From: Pelagomonas calceolata
Taxonomy: Eukaryota
Length of the DNA stretch: 64,000 nucleotides
Reading direction: 5' to 3'
Assembly: GCA_918797485.1 (NCBI GenBank)
Contig: CAKKNE010000002.1
Coordinates: 5,704,001-5,768,000, forward strand
Shown here: piece by piece, positions 1-10,375 of the stretch
Position numbering within the stretch: position 1 is the first letter of the stretch
How the letters are laid out: each line of letters begins with the position of its first letter
Program-made: the position numbers and the translations under genes
Notes under the pieces: model-generated
Databases searched by the model: none
Told to the model about the DNA's origin: nothing
Seen by the model: the letters and a program-made list of their open reading frames with translations, nothing else

Positions 1-95
1 GGCGTGTGCCGGGCTCCTGTGAACATACGTCGCGTCGTCGTCGTCCGTCTCCTCCGTCCTGTGAACATTGAAGCTGTGTAAATATAACAAGACAA

Positions 96-1028
96 TTACG
101 TAACAACCGCACGAGTGTTCGCCGGCGCGACGGGCAGCGCGCTCGCCTCGGCGACGGCGGCGGCCCAGAGCCGGTCGACCTGGCCGTCGGGGGCGTCGGC
201 AAGCATCGCGGCGTAAGCCGCGCGGCCTGGTGCCAGCAGCGCCTCGACGCCGCAATCCAGGAGGCCGATGGCGTCGAGCGCGTCCGATAAGTCAGGGGCG
301 ACGGCGTCGGCGAGGCCCCGAACGCCCTTCGCCCGGTCGCGTGGAGCAGGTGCGGGCGGCGGCTTGGGTGCGGCGGCTTCGAAGAGCACATCGGTCCGCA
401 AGACCAACTTGGTGCCGGCGACGACAGGAGCACCGCTATGCCATAGGTCGTGCTCGAAGAGCACGACGCGGCCGCGGGCCGGCGCGACGGCGGCGAAGCG
501 TTTCGCTTCCGTAGTGTCCTCGTAGAGCGTCGCGCCGCCCTCGAAGTTATCCGCATCGTTGAGATAGAGCAACACAGTAACAAGGGACCGGTGACGACCA
601 CAGTCTGTTGGCACTTCGCGGTCAAAATGACTTTCGAAGCGGTCGCCGGGCCGGTAGCGGAGCAGCCTCAAACGCTCGTTGAGGCCAAAGGGTTCGCCTA
701 GGCCGCGCGCCGCCGCCCACGCGGCCACCGCCGCGCCGCCGCCGCCGGCGAGCAGCGATTGCCACAGCCGCTCCGCGAAACCGGGATCGCGCCAGGCGGC
801 CAGTTGGTAGCGGCGCGGGTTCTGTAGTGCCACGGCCGCGCCCGTCTTCGACGCCTCGTTGTCCGCGGCTTGCGTAATGTATTTCAGAGCGGGCGCGCCG
901 CGCGCCACGAGCGCAGCGCAGTCGGCGGCGTCGACGACGCTATCTACATAGACGCACAAGCATTCATTCGTTGGCCGGCCGTCGCGATGAATGCGTGCTG
1001 GCAGGCTGACACTGTGGGCGGACTGCAT
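96..1028 (-). CDS. 2-oxoglutarate/Fe(II)-dependent dioxygenase (prolyl 4-hydroxylase-like)
   Basis: 310-aa ORF with LNERLRLLRY..GDRFESHFD (HxD), TVLLYLND..FEGGAT, and VVLFEHDLWHSG..V.AGTK.VLRTD (distal His and 2OG-binding Lys/Arg). Confidence 0.85.
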   Translation of the reverse strand: MQSAHSVSLPARIHRDGRPTNECLCVYVDSVVDAADCAALVARGAPALKYITQAADNEASKTGAAVALQNPRRYQLAAWRDPGFAERLWQSLLAGGGGAAVAAWAAARGLGEPFGLNERLRLLRYRPGDRFESHFDREVPTDCGRHRSLVTVLLYLNDADNFEGGATLYEDTTEAKRFAAVAPARGRVVLFEHDLWHSGAPVVAGTKLVLRTDVLFEAAAPKPPPAPAPRDRAKGVRGLADAVAPDLSDALDAIGLLDCGVEALLAPGRAAYAAMLADAPDGQVDRLWAAAVAEASALPVAPANTRAVVT

Positions 1029-1157
1029 ACTCTGCGATTACGCAAGCAGTGATCTCAGGACTGCGTTCGCGTGATCGCATGCAGAAATGCTACCGCTGCG
1101 ACCTGTTGGCCGCCCTCCAACAGCAAGGTAGGGTGCATACGCAACTCGGCGTCGCTT

Positions 1158-1178
1158 GCTAGTGTGTCTTACCGCTAG
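1158..1178 (+). promoter_or_regulatory. Recurrent intergenic CTAG...CTAG motif (variant copy)
   Basis: GCTAGTGTGTCTTACCGCTAG, 130 bp upstream of the minus-strand dioxygenase start; matches the motif seen at 9161 and 58771. Confidence 0.5.
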
Positions 1179-1250
1179 AATCGCTGTGGAAAGATCAGAG
1201 CCGAACTCAATTTATCAGGGGGGAACAGAGGGGAAGGTCGAGCCCTGGCT

Positions 1251-3491
1251 TCAGAGGACCTCTTGGTCGCCCTGATGGATGCGGCACCACTCCGTGAACA
1301 GGCGCAGGTACTCCTGGCGGAGCTGGACCGTTCGGCGGCGGAGCACCATCGGGTGCGAGCGCTGCTGGAGCGCGGCGCGCGCCGCGAGGGCCCGGCGGCG
1401 GCGGCGCTCCGCGGAGCGGCGCAGGCGCTCCGTGCGCGGCAGCCGGCGGTACGGCGTCTCCGGCTGCATGGCGGGCCCGGCGGGCCGTGGCCGCAACGTC
1501 GGCCCCGTCGTGCGCGGCGGCGGCGTCTGCGGAGCTTCCTCTGCGGCCGGTGGCTCGGCGCGCGGGCGGCGGCGCGGCGGCGGCGGCGGCGGTGGCGGTT
1601 CGGTCTCCTCCTCCTCGGGCGGGGCAAAGGGCGGCGGCGCGTCGTCGTCCTCCTCGGGCGGCGCGAACGGGGCCGGCGCCTCCTCCTCTTCGACCGGAGC
1701 GGGCGGCGCCGGCGGCGCCTCGTCTTCTTCGACGGGCGCCGGCCGGCGCGGCGCCTTGCGCTTCGCGCGCTTTCTGGGCGTGGGCGGCGGCGCGGTGTAG
1801 ATCTCCGGCGGCGGGCGGCGCGGCCGCGGCGGAGGTCGCGCCGCGTCTTCGACCGGCTGCGCGCGGGGCCGGCGGCGCGGCGTTTTCGGCGCCGGCGGTG
1901 CCTCCTCTTGAACCGGCGCGGGCGGCCGGCGGCGCGGCGGCGGCGGCGGCGCCTCCTCCTCTTCCACCGGTGGGGCGAAGGGCGGCGCCTCCTCGTCGTC
2001 CTCGACCGGTGGGGCGAAGGGCGGCGCCTCGTCGTCCTCGACGACCGGCGCCGGGCGGCGCCGCGGCGCCGGCTTGTCGGGCGTCACGCGCCGCGCGCGC
2101 GGCGGCTTGCGCGGCGTCGCCGGCTTCTTCGTCACGCGGCGCGCGTACTCATCGGCGACGACGCGCGCAAAGTCCGCGGACGTGTACGCGGGCTGCGAGT
2201 TGCGGGAGCGGCGGCGTGGCGGCCCCGCCGGCGCCGGGGCCTTGCGCTTGGAGCGCTTTTTGGGCGTCGGCGCGGGCGGCGGCACGTAGAGCTCCGGCGG
2301 CGGGCGGCGCGGCCGCCGGGGCTTCGTCGCCGGCGTGACGACGGCCGGCGCCTGCGGCGTTGGGACGTCGTCGTCGTCGTCGTCGGCCGCGGGCGGCATG
2401 GGCGCGTCCTCGTCCTGCGTGACGGGTTCGGCCGGCGGAAACCAGCTCGGCGCGGCCGGCGGCGGCGCCGCGTCGTCCTGCGAGACCGGCGTGACGGGCG
2501 GCGGCCCGCGCCCGACGAGCTCGACCGGGTCCGCCCGCTGGTCGAGCGTCACGGTGCGCTCGCCGAGGCCTTGGGGCTGCTCCGGCAGCGGCGCGCCCGT
2601 CTCCATCGTCACGGCGCGCGGCCCGAGGCCCGCGTTCTCCTTGCCCGTGGCCGGCGCCAGTAATGCCTCAGGCACGACCTCCTCCTCTTCAATCTCTTCG
2701 ACGACCTCGCCGCGCAGCAGCGCCCGCATCTCATCCCCACAGGGGCCCGGGTCCGGCTCGTTCTTCTCCTTCTCGAGCCAGGCCTCGTCCCACGCGCCCT
2801 CGACCAGCACCTTGCGCACGCGCCACGACTCCTCGTCCGGCAGGCGCTTCTTCGCGAGCTCTGCCGGCGTCCCCTGCTTGCTCGCATCATCTAAAATCCG
2901 CGCCGACGCCGCGCGCGCCGTCGCCTCCGGATCCGCGCCCGCGTCGAGCATCTCGTCCTCGATCTGCCGGCCCGTCTCGACGACCAGGGACATGACCGTC
3001 ACCGGCCCCGCGTAGGCCGCCGCCACGTGCACGGGCATGCGGTCGAAGGCGTGCTCTCGGGCTTGCAGGTCCCCGCCGTGGCGGATGAGGCAGGCCACGG
3101 CGGCGAAGTTGTCGTACTCCGCCGCGAGATGGAGCGGCGTGAGCCCCGACGGCGTCGCGAGGTTCGGGTCCGCGTTCAGGCCGTCTTCTTCATCGAGTAA
3201 TAACTCGAGCACCGGCGCGAGCTTCGGTCGCACGGAGCAGGAACAGACCAAAGAGAAGACGTCGGCGCCTAAGCGCGCGGCGTCGCGCGGCGGCTGGGGC
3301 TCAATTCCTAGACGACGCCACTCGCCGATGAGCCGGGCGGCTCGCGTCTCGACGTCGTCGGGGCAGCGGTCCACCAAAGCTCTCAATCTCGCGCCGGGCG
3401 GCGCGTCCTTGCTCACCTTGGCTTTCTTGCCGCCGTGGCGCTGGCGCTCGAGGATGGGATCTAATGCTTGGCGTTGGCGGTACATGGCCAT
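1251..3491 (-). CDS. Ankyrin-repeat protein with long Pro/Arg/Glu-rich low-complexity C-terminus
   Basis: GLTPLHLAAEYDNFAAVACLIRHGGD and RMPVHVAAA ankyrin motifs, followed by internally repeated PPFAPPVE and PPPE(L/I)Y..PPxTPxKRxKRKAP segments. Confidence 0.7.
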   Translation of the reverse strand: MAMYRQRQALDPILERQRHGGKKAKVSKDAPPGARLRALVDRCPDDVETRAARLIGEWRRLGIEPQPPRDAARLGADVFSLVCSCSVRPKLAPVLELLLDEEDGLNADPNLATPSGLTPLHLAAEYDNFAAVACLIRHGGDLQAREHAFDRMPVHVAAAYAGPVTVMSLVVETGRQIEDEMLDAGADPEATARAASARILDDASKQGTPAELAKKRLPDEESWRVRKVLVEGAWDEAWLEKEKNEPDPGPCGDEMRALLRGEVVEEIEEEEVVPEALLAPATGKENAGLGPRAVTMETGAPLPEQPQGLGERTVTLDQRADPVELVGRGPPPVTPVSQDDAAPPPAAPSWFPPAEPVTQDEDAPMPPAADDDDDDVPTPQAPAVVTPATKPRRPRRPPPELYVPPPAPTPKKRSKRKAPAPAGPPRRRSRNSQPAYTSADFARVVADEYARRVTKKPATPRKPPRARRVTPDKPAPRRRPAPVVEDDEAPPFAPPVEDDEEAPPFAPPVEEEEAPPPPPRRRPPAPVQEEAPPAPKTPRRRPRAQPVEDAARPPPRPRRPPPEIYTAPPPTPRKRAKRKAPRRPAPVEEDEAPPAPPAPVEEEEAPAPFAPPEEDDDAPPPFAPPEEEETEPPPPPPPPRRRPRAEPPAAEEAPQTPPPRTTGPTLRPRPAGPAMQPETPYRRLPRTERLRRSAERRRRRALAARAALQQRSHPMVLRRRTVQLRQEYLRLFTEWCRIHQGDQEVL

Positions 3492-4035
3492 GGTTTTTTA
3501 GCGCTCGGGGGCGCTCCGCGCTGGCCGCGGTGGCGTTTGGCGCGCTAAGTGCTCACCGCACTTCTTTTTGTTACGCGGCGAGGGCGGACCGGAGACACGC
3601 GCGGCGGCTCAGGGCAGTTCTTGTGGTCCTTGAGAACGCGGCGCGCTGGTCCCCGTGTTTGTTGGAGCCTCAGGCGCGTCGCTGCAGCCCTGTCTTTTTT
3701 GGCGCTCCGTGAAGCGCTAAGAGAGCCAAATCGGGTTCGGGGGCGCAGGCCTGCTCAGAGCGACACGCACGCTTGGGGGACACCCGACATTCAAATCTAG
3801 TTGACCAGTGCCGCCTGCGCTAGCGAAAGGAAGCAAAACCGCCGCCGCGCCCCGCGCGGGACGCGCTCTCTCTGTCAATCTGCGAGGATCTCGCCGAGGT
3901 GCGTCGACGGCGCACCCGGCGACGTTCCAGCTTCGAGGAGGGCGCACTTCCCGACGCCATCGACGCGAAGCAACGCCATCGACGCGTCGGCCTCACGAGA
4001 ATGAATCATTGAGTCACTGACACAAGAAATTACGT

Positions 4036-4776
4036 CTATACTACAACCACCATCCAGCTCAGCCACGAGTAGAAGAGGAAGACCGGGTACACCGCGAGCG
4101 CCCGTCTTTTGGAAGGGATGACCTCCTCGACGAACAGCACGGACGCGCGCGTCGCCCAGACCAGCGCCACCGCCGCCGTTACGAAACGCACGAGCCGCGA
4201 CACGCCGACCATGGTCTCGACGACGCCTATGGTTAAGCGAGCGGCACAGACGGGAAACGCGCTGTAGCCTAATACACACACGGATTGTGGTAAGGACAGC
4301 TTCCCTCCCAACAGCTGGGCGTTCACGCTGACTACTATAGCGCCGACCCAGAGCACTACGAAGACCAAAGAAAAGACGACCGCAGCATTCGCATAACTCG
4401 ACCCCGTCGCGAGCGACGTCGCGAGCGTCAGCGAGACTACCAAAGGCCCCCACAAATCCCAGTCCCTCAGATGCTCGATGGTCTCGGACCCCGACGTGTA
4501 GGGCATGAGCACGAGCAGGAGCTTGCCGCCCACATGGCTCGCGTCCCTCCAGAGCGTCTCGCCGACGGTTTCATCTAATGTGCCACTCGTAAAAGCTACG
4601 GGCGGCACGCCGTCGGACCGCGGCAGCTCGCTGCCGAAGCCGCCGCTCATGGACTGTTTTGGCCTCGTTTGTGTAGGGGGGTCGTCGAACGCGTTGTCGT
4701 CATTACTAAAGAAGGCTTCCGCCGCTTCGAGCTCGCCGACGGCGGACTTGATGGAGGGGTCCTCGAAGGCGCTCAT
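4036..4776 (-). CDS. YIPF6: Yip1-family Golgi membrane protein (YIPF6-like)
   Basis: TLDETVGETLWRD, LRDWDLWGPL, NAQLLGGKLS..QSVCVLGYS, RRALAVYPVFLFY; five hydrophobic segments. Confidence 0.85.
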   Translation of the reverse strand: MSAFEDPSIKSAVGELEAAEAFFSNDDNAFDDPPTQTRPKQSMSGGFGSELPRSDGVPPVAFTSGTLDETVGETLWRDASHVGGKLLLVLMPYTSGSETIEHLRDWDLWGPLVVSLTLATSLATGSSYANAAVVFSLVFVVLWVGAIVVSVNAQLLGGKLSLPQSVCVLGYSAFPVCAARLTIGVVETMVGVSRLVRFVTAAVALVWATRASVLFVEEVIPSKRRALAVYPVFLFYSWLSWMVVVV

Positions 4777-5069
4777 CGTTTCGTCGCGAGCGCTGCGGAT
4801 TTTTTTGTGCTTTTTTTTTGCCTGCTGGGCTCTCCTTGGTGAGATGTCCTATGCTGCAGGAGTTTGTGCTACGCTGGCGCAGCTCTCGCTGGGATGCTGC
4901 CTGTCACAGCGTGTGCCTGTGTCGTCCTCGCAATGCCTGCCTTGGGCCTCGAGCAGCCGACGCCTCTCGATGGAGGCTCGGTGGGGGTCACCAGTCCTTG
5001 CGATTCTTGCTCGCGTGCGCACGGGATACGTCGCTAGATGCGAAGACCCAGCGGAGTCCTCTCGCGCGG

Positions 5070-5092
5070 GCTAGCGTACATAATCACACTAG
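5070..5092 (-). promoter_or_regulatory. Recurrent intergenic CTAG...CTAG motif (diverged copy)
   Basis: Reverse complement reads CTAGTGTGATTATGTACGCTAGC; lies between the divergent YIPF6-like and trigger factor genes. Confidence 0.4.
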
Positions 5093-5245
5093 TAAGTCGA
5101 CGCACTGCAACCCCTTGAGCGCTGCTTGAGCGACGTGCCTCGACGTTTGCTACGCGTCGGAGGCCGTTGAAGAGTCCAGTGAGTGAGTGCACTGCCGCGT
5201 GACGCCGGCTCGCCAAGCGCACTCGTAGCGCAAACAAGCAGAGCG

Positions 5246-6790
5246 ATGGCACGCCGGGTTGTGCTGCTCGCGGCCGGCGCCGTGGCGTTCTCGCCAAGCG
5301 CGCCGCTGGCGCAACCCAGATTAAGGCTAAGCGCCACGGCGACCGACGTCGAGACGGACAAGGAGGAGTCCTGCGTCTCCTTCACCGTGCCGGTCCCGGC
5401 CTCGCTCACGAAGGCCGCGTACAAAACAGCCGCCGGCGAGATGGCGCAAACCAGAAAAATTCCGGGCTGGCGCCAGAAGGACTGGAAGAAGGTGCCCATT
5501 GGGGTGGTTGCTGGCGCGGTCGGTGCCCAGACTCTGAAGAGCTTGGCCATCGAGAAGCTCACGGAGACGGAAGTACATAGCGCGATCACGGGACTCGGTG
5601 TCGAAGTCGTCGGCCAGGCCCAGCTCGTCGGCGACGTCGAGGAGATCATGCAGACGTTCACGCCGGGCGAGCCGTGGGACATGCGCGTGAAGATCGACAT
5701 TTGGCCGGAGGCCGTCTGGTCGCAGCCCTGGGACGACGGGACGTTGGCCGTTGAAGTGGAAAGAGAAGCCAAGGACCAGTCGACGCGAGACAAGGCCCTG
5801 GAGGCCCTTCGAGAGAGGTATTGTGATATTGAGGACGCGCCTGCCGACCACGTCGCGCGGGAAGGTGATGTTGCGATGGTCGACATCGATGGGTATTTGA
5901 GAGATGAAAACGGGAACCGAGCGGGCGAGTTACCGATCCAGGGCGCCGTCGGCGGGGACGACCTGGAGTTGATCCTCGAGCCGGGCAAGTTCTTACCTGG
6001 CGTGGTGGAAGCTTTGATCGGCAAGAAGGCCGGCGAAAAAGTCACGGTGCCCGTGGACTTCCCGGAATCGCGACAGTATCGCGAGGAGCAGCCGTTGGCC
6101 GGCGTCAAGGCTGGCTTCGACGTCACGATTAATGCCGTACGGTTACGGTCCTTGCCGGAACTCAATGACGCGTTCGCGGGGAAGATCCGACCTGGGTTGA
6201 CATTGGATGAACTCAAACAGGAGGTCGAGAACACGGTCGGCGGCCAGGAGGAGGACAAGACCACGGATACGGTTCATAAGGAGCTCGAGAAGGCTTTAGC
6301 TGAAAGGTTGACGTCTCAACTACCGGAAGCTCTCGTAGTAGAGTCGGCCAAGCAGCGCTTCGCCGTCATGCTCGCGGAGATGCGCAACAGTGGGACGGAC
6401 GACGCGGCCCTGAAGCAGATGATCTCGCCCGAGGGCTTCCAGAAGTACCTGAAGGTCGTGCGGCCCAAGGTCGTTACTGAGTTACGAGGAAAATTAGCCG
6501 TCGAGTCCATCGGCCGCTCCATCGGTGTCCAAGCCGACGAGCAGCAGGTCGAGGAGCAGATGGAGCTCGTGAAGCGCCAGTACGAGCAGCAGGAGGCCGA
6601 TAGTGGGGCCGCGTTCAACGAGGAGAAGGCGCGCGAGAAGGTCACCTACGAACTACAGCGAGTGGCCGTGCTCGACAAGGTCCGAGATCAGGCGAAGATC
6701 ACCTACGTCGACGCGTTGTCGCCGGAGGAGACGGCGCGGAAGATGGGCATCGACGTCGACAACCTGCCGCCCGAGGTGCAGCTCGGCTAG
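5246..6790 (+). CDS. tig: Plastid-targeted trigger factor (ribosome-associated chaperone/PPIase)
   Basis: Signal peptide ending AVA-FSP (ASAFAP-like bipartite signal); IPGWR ribosome-binding loop variant; FKBP-like domain (GDVAMVDIDG, FLPGVVEALIGKKAGE, V.FP); LPELNDAFA. Confidence 0.85.
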   Translation: MARRVVLLAAGAVAFSPSAPLAQPRLRLSATATDVETDKEESCVSFTVPVPASLTKAAYKTAAGEMAQTRKIPGWRQKDWKKVPIGVVAGAVGAQTLKSLAIEKLTETEVHSAITGLGVEVVGQAQLVGDVEEIMQTFTPGEPWDMRVKIDIWPEAVWSQPWDDGTLAVEVEREAKDQSTRDKALEALRERYCDIEDAPADHVAREGDVAMVDIDGYLRDENGNRAGELPIQGAVGGDDLELILEPGKFLPGVVEALIGKKAGEKVTVPVDFPESRQYREEQPLAGVKAGFDVTINAVRLRSLPELNDAFAGKIRPGLTLDELKQEVENTVGGQEEDKTTDTVHKELEKALAERLTSQLPEALVVESAKQRFAVMLAEMRNSGTDDAALKQMISPEGFQKYLKVVRPKVVTELRGKLAVESIGRSIGVQADEQQVEEQMELVKRQYEQQEADSGAAFNEEKAREKVTYELQRVAVLDKVRDQAKITYVDALSPEETARKMGIDVDNLPPEVQLG

Positions 6791-6931
6791 GCTCTTTGTT
6801 TCCCTCCCCTGGTTTAAAGGAACGCTAGTTTACATGGTGGGGGGAGCGGAAGTCTACCCGGTCAACTTCGCGTGCGGGGGGGGGTGAGCTTACCAGACGC
6901 GGCGCCTTGCGTCCGGTCGGGCTTGGAGAAC

Positions 6932-7349
6932 CTAGAGCGTGGAGCACGAAGGAATCTCCGTCCCGGGATCAACACCACCGTAGGGAGGATTAAAGTCTTC
7001 GGGGACCAGACCCTCGCCGGAGCAGCAGGCGCACTTGAGCGCTGTAGAAGAGACCTGTGCACAATCAACCAGTGAGTCCGTGATTTAGCAGCGGCAGAGA
7101 CGCGCCGTGACAGTTTTTGATTTATGCACTGGTAGAGACCGGCGGGTCGACGGTATCGTCCGCCCATATGATTTGAATACAGAGTCCGGGTTCGCCGTGG
7201 CTGCTTTCGCAGGCTTCACCCAACTCGTTGCAATCCGCATTGTAGTTCAACGGCTCAAAGGCCGACACAATCTCGCACTCGTCGCGTTGCGTGCCGCCGA
7301 AGCCGTAGGCGGTGCCGAGGCAGAGGGCGAGAATGAGGGCGCGAGCCAT
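6932..7349 (-). CDS. Small secreted cysteine-rich protein, 110 aa, two exons (7349-7140, 7054-6932) split by an introner
   Basis: Signal peptide MARALILALCLGTAYG. Removing intron 7139-7055 (GT...CACAG) bypasses the TAA at 7122 and continues ...DPP|VSSTALKCACCSGEGLVPEDFNPPYGGVDPGTEIPSCSTL*. Confidence 0.6.
7055..7131. mobile_element. Introner copy D (77 bp, degenerate); predicted intron 7055-7139 on the minus strand
   Basis: Ends CTGTGCACAATCAA / TTGATTTATGCACTG; TSD GAAGAGAC (7047-7054) vs GTAGAGAC (7132-7139), 7/8 match; subterminal AATCAACCAGTGAGTC and ACGCGCCGT shared with the other copies. Confidence 0.75.
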
Positions 7350-7756
7350 ATTTTCGGGTTGCCTGCGACCGGGATGAGGGTTTGACCACGCGTCCTGTCC
7401 GGCAACACGCCTCTGTTGTCGTGCCCCCCTCAGGCCCCTCTCCAACCACTGAACGGCGCGCGAACGCGCTGAATTGTATCGTGGCCGATCGCGGTCGACC
7501 CGAAGATAGATAGGAGGGTTTTCTATGTTTTGTCAGTACTCTGAAACTCTTGCGTTTGCGTGTTTTGGGCACTACACTCGTCGAGCAAAGCTGTGAAATG
7601 CTATTAACGTGCGGGCTTTTAACGCGACGTACTTCCCCCCCCCCCCCCCCAATACCGCTCTGCGGCCAATAGGACGGATGCATGCAGGCCAGGAGGCGGG
7701 CGCGTCGTCGGGCGCCCGGACTCGCGCGCGCGAAGGTAAACGAAAACACGACTTAC

Positions 7757-9004
7757 TCACCACCGCCGGTACACGCGCAGCGGCGCGCTCCCCCAGGACG
7801 CGTCCACGCGGACCTCGCCGACTTTCGTGAAGGGGGGCCGGTCGTCGAGGTGCGCGCTGAAGTCGACGACCGTCGCGTCCGAGTCGAGGCTCGCCTCGAG
7901 GACCTCGGCGTAGGCGTCGCAGAGCTCGGGGCCCCAGCACGACGACGCGACGATTACCAAAGTGGCGCCCCGCACGATGCGGCCGATGTCCGGGTCTCTG
8001 ACATCTAACACGCGAAACGCGCCCGCGTCGACCCCGATTTCAGAATGAGTGATGGCGAGGGACCGCGCGACGGCCACGGCCGGCTCCATCACGTCGACGC
8101 CTTTGACGTCGAAGCCCAGCGCCGCCGCGTAAAAACAAAGCGTGCCGGTCGAGGACCCCAATACCACGCACGCGCCGCCTTTATTACGCGCGTCCTCCAG
8201 GCAGGGCGCCGCTAGTAATGAACAGAAGGCGGCGAACGACGTCGTGCCGAAGGACAGCGCCTCGCGCTCGTGCCTTCCTTCACCGCCGCCCGTCGCCCCC
8301 GTCAGCCGGAGCTGCTCAAAAAATAAAGCGCGCTGGAACGTCCACGACCGCTCCAAAACGCGGTGCTGCTCGATCAACGCACCCAGCGCCTCGAGCGCCG
8401 CCGCCCGCGCCGGCAGCCGCGCGGCGAGCCACGCGGCGCAGCGCGCGTCGCGCGCCGCGCGGCGCCGCCGCGCCGCCGCGACGTCCACGAGCTCGAGCGG
8501 CGCGAGGCGCCGCTCCAGCTGCGCCGTCGTCCGCCGCAGCCGCCGGTACGCGCGGCTCCGCTCGCCCGTCATGATTGTGTCGAGTTCCTTCCTCACATCA
8601 AGCCGCGCGTCGAGCGCCGCCCGCGCGACGACCTTGCAGCGCGCGCGGACGTTGCAGAACGGGTCTTCGCTCGCGCGCCGCGCCGTCGCCGCGACGCCCG
8701 ACAGCCGGTCCAGGAGCCGCTCCAAGGGCCGCAGCGCCTGTTCACCTTTCGGCGCCGGCGGCCGCGGCTTCGGCGGCGGCGCGGCGGCCTTCGCGGCCTC
8801 CTTCTTATATTCGAACGCCATGCGCACGCGTGCCTGGCGTCGCCGCTTGATGCTCATGACGACGGCGACCATCCGCGCCGGATCGTCGGCCGCGCCTTTC
8901 AGGATGGCGAGCTCCTCCGGTGCCGTCTGGGCAGCTTTTCTGGCCCTCGTGTCGGGCTCGGGGGCGACCTTGGGCTCGGCCTCCAGAGACGGTTCGGGCT
9001 CCAT
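7757..9004 (-). CDS. Coiled-coil protein with C-terminal class I SAM-dependent methyltransferase-like domain
   Basis: C-terminal LSFGTT, VVLGSSTGTLCFYAA, VKGVDV, FRVLDV, VRVDASW resemble Rossmann methyltransferase motifs. Start placed at the ATG of MEPEP. Confidence 0.6.
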   Translation of the reverse strand: MEPEPSLEAEPKVAPEPDTRARKAAQTAPEELAILKGAADDPARMVAVVMSIKRRRQARVRMAFEYKKEAAKAAAPPPKPRPPAPKGEQALRPLERLLDRLSGVAATARRASEDPFCNVRARCKVVARAALDARLDVRKELDTIMTGERSRAYRRLRRTTAQLERRLAPLELVDVAAARRRRAARDARCAAWLAARLPARAAALEALGALIEQHRVLERSWTFQRALFFEQLRLTGATGGGEGRHEREALSFGTTSFAAFCSLLAAPCLEDARNKGGACVVLGSSTGTLCFYAAALGFDVKGVDVMEPAVAVARSLAITHSEIGVDAGAFRVLDVRDPDIGRIVRGATLVIVASSCWGPELCDAYAEVLEASLDSDATVVDFSAHLDDRPPFTKVGEVRVDASWGSAPLRVYRRW

Positions 9005-9160
9005 GAGGCGGCAGGAGGGCGGCCGAAGGAATTGCCAAAGCTTGCGAAAAGGCTGCCTCTGCGACGATAGATGCCCGGGGATTTCAAAAGCTTGCAAAAA
9101 GGGCTGCCCCGGCTGCTATTGTTCGCGCTACGGCCGCGGCGAGGCGAAAAGCTCGAGGAT

Positions 9161-9184
9161 GCTAGTGTCTTACAGGCCGCTAGC
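9161..9184 (+). promoter_or_regulatory. Recurrent intergenic motif GCTAGTGTCTTACAGGCCGCTAGC
   Basis: 24-mer identical to 58771-58794; lies between divergently transcribed genes. Confidence 0.6.
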
Positions 9185-9396
9185 TAGCTATTCGCAAAGC
9201 CGACAAAAAAGGGGCTAGCCGTGAAAGCCGCGGCTGTACGGCGGTTCGAATATAATACGTGCTTGTACTTGTGCTACGCACAGCCTTGTACAAAAGCACG
9301 CTGCGCAAGAGCCAGCGAAAGCACCTGCACAGCTCCACAGCCTCCACTGGCGCTCGCGGGTCTCCGGCGAGATAGCAAAAAGTCGCATCAAACGCA

Positions 9397-10263
9397 ATGG
9401 CCTCCTTCGCCGCCGCCTTCGCCGACGTCGCGCCAATCGAGCAGGACGACGGCCCGGCGCCCGTCTGCGCGATCGCGTACGCGCCGGAGTACGCGCGACT
9501 GATGGGCTTCTTCCGAGCTATTCTAGAAAGTAACGAGCGGAGCCCGAGGGTGCTGGAATTAACAGCTGCTTTAGCGGAGCACAATGCCGCCCACTATACC
9601 GTGTGGCACGTCCGCCGAGAATGCTTGTGGGCGCTGGCTTCGAATGATGCCAGCATCCTTACGGACGAGTTGCGCTACTCCGCGGAAGTAGCCAGAGAGA
9701 ACCCGAAAAATTATCAGATCTGGTACCACCGACGCGCATTGGTGGAAAAGATCGGGCAGGCCGCGGCGGCCGACGAGCTCGCATTGATCTCTACCGCGTT
9801 GCGAGACGACGCGAAGAACTACCACGCGTGGTCGAACCGCCTCTGGGTCCTCAAGACGTATGGTGGATGGGCCGGCGAGCTCGAATTTTGCACGGCTTTG
9901 CTCGATGCGGACGTCTACAACAACTCGGCCTGGAACCACTTGTATCAAGTCAAGGCGCAGCTGGGCTGCGACCCAGTGGAAGAGGTCCGTTCGACGCTGG
10001 AACGTTTAAATCATGCGCGCGAGAACGAATCCGCGTGGGTCTATGCGCTGGCCTTCGCGAAGTCTGATGAACGCGCGGCCGCGGCGCTGCTGGCGCACTG
10101 CGAAGGCGCTGAGGGCGTCCGATCTCAAATGGCGCTCGTGGAATTACTAAAGACGAGCGACCCGGGGCGCGCCTCTACAATCGCGCGGCGCCTCGCCGAG
10201 CTCGACGCGACGCGGGCGAGGTACTGGCGGCGGCGCGCGGAGGGGCTGGGTAATGGCACGTGA
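9397..10263 (+). CDS. FNTA: Protein farnesyltransferase/geranylgeranyltransferase type-1 alpha subunit
   Basis: PIEQDDGPAPVCAIAY; PPTA repeats NAAHYTVWHVRR, NPKNYQIWYHRR, DAKNYHAWSNR, DVYNNSAWNH, NESAWVY; C-terminal LD.TRARYW. Confidence 0.92.
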   Translation: MASFAAAFADVAPIEQDDGPAPVCAIAYAPEYARLMGFFRAILESNERSPRVLELTAALAEHNAAHYTVWHVRRECLWALASNDASILTDELRYSAEVARENPKNYQIWYHRRALVEKIGQAAAADELALISTALRDDAKNYHAWSNRLWVLKTYGGWAGELEFCTALLDADVYNNSAWNHLYQVKAQLGCDPVEEVRSTLERLNHARENESAWVYALAFAKSDERAAAALLAHCEGAEGVRSQMALVELLKTSDPGRASTIARRLAELDATRARYWRRRAEGLGNGT

Positions 10264-10375
10264 GATTTGAGAACCGTGATAGCCGTCGTCGCCTCCTCGG
10301 GAGCCAACACCCGGGGCGAACGGCGTATGGCCCACGGTATGGGGGCCCTAGCTCTAAGCAAAGAACGGACTAGGA

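Noticed and set aside
6836..7650. G-runs near 6836-6884 and a C-run near 7635-7650 as terminal inverted repeats around the Cys-rich gene
   Set aside because: The similarity is essentially homopolymer and I found no TSD.
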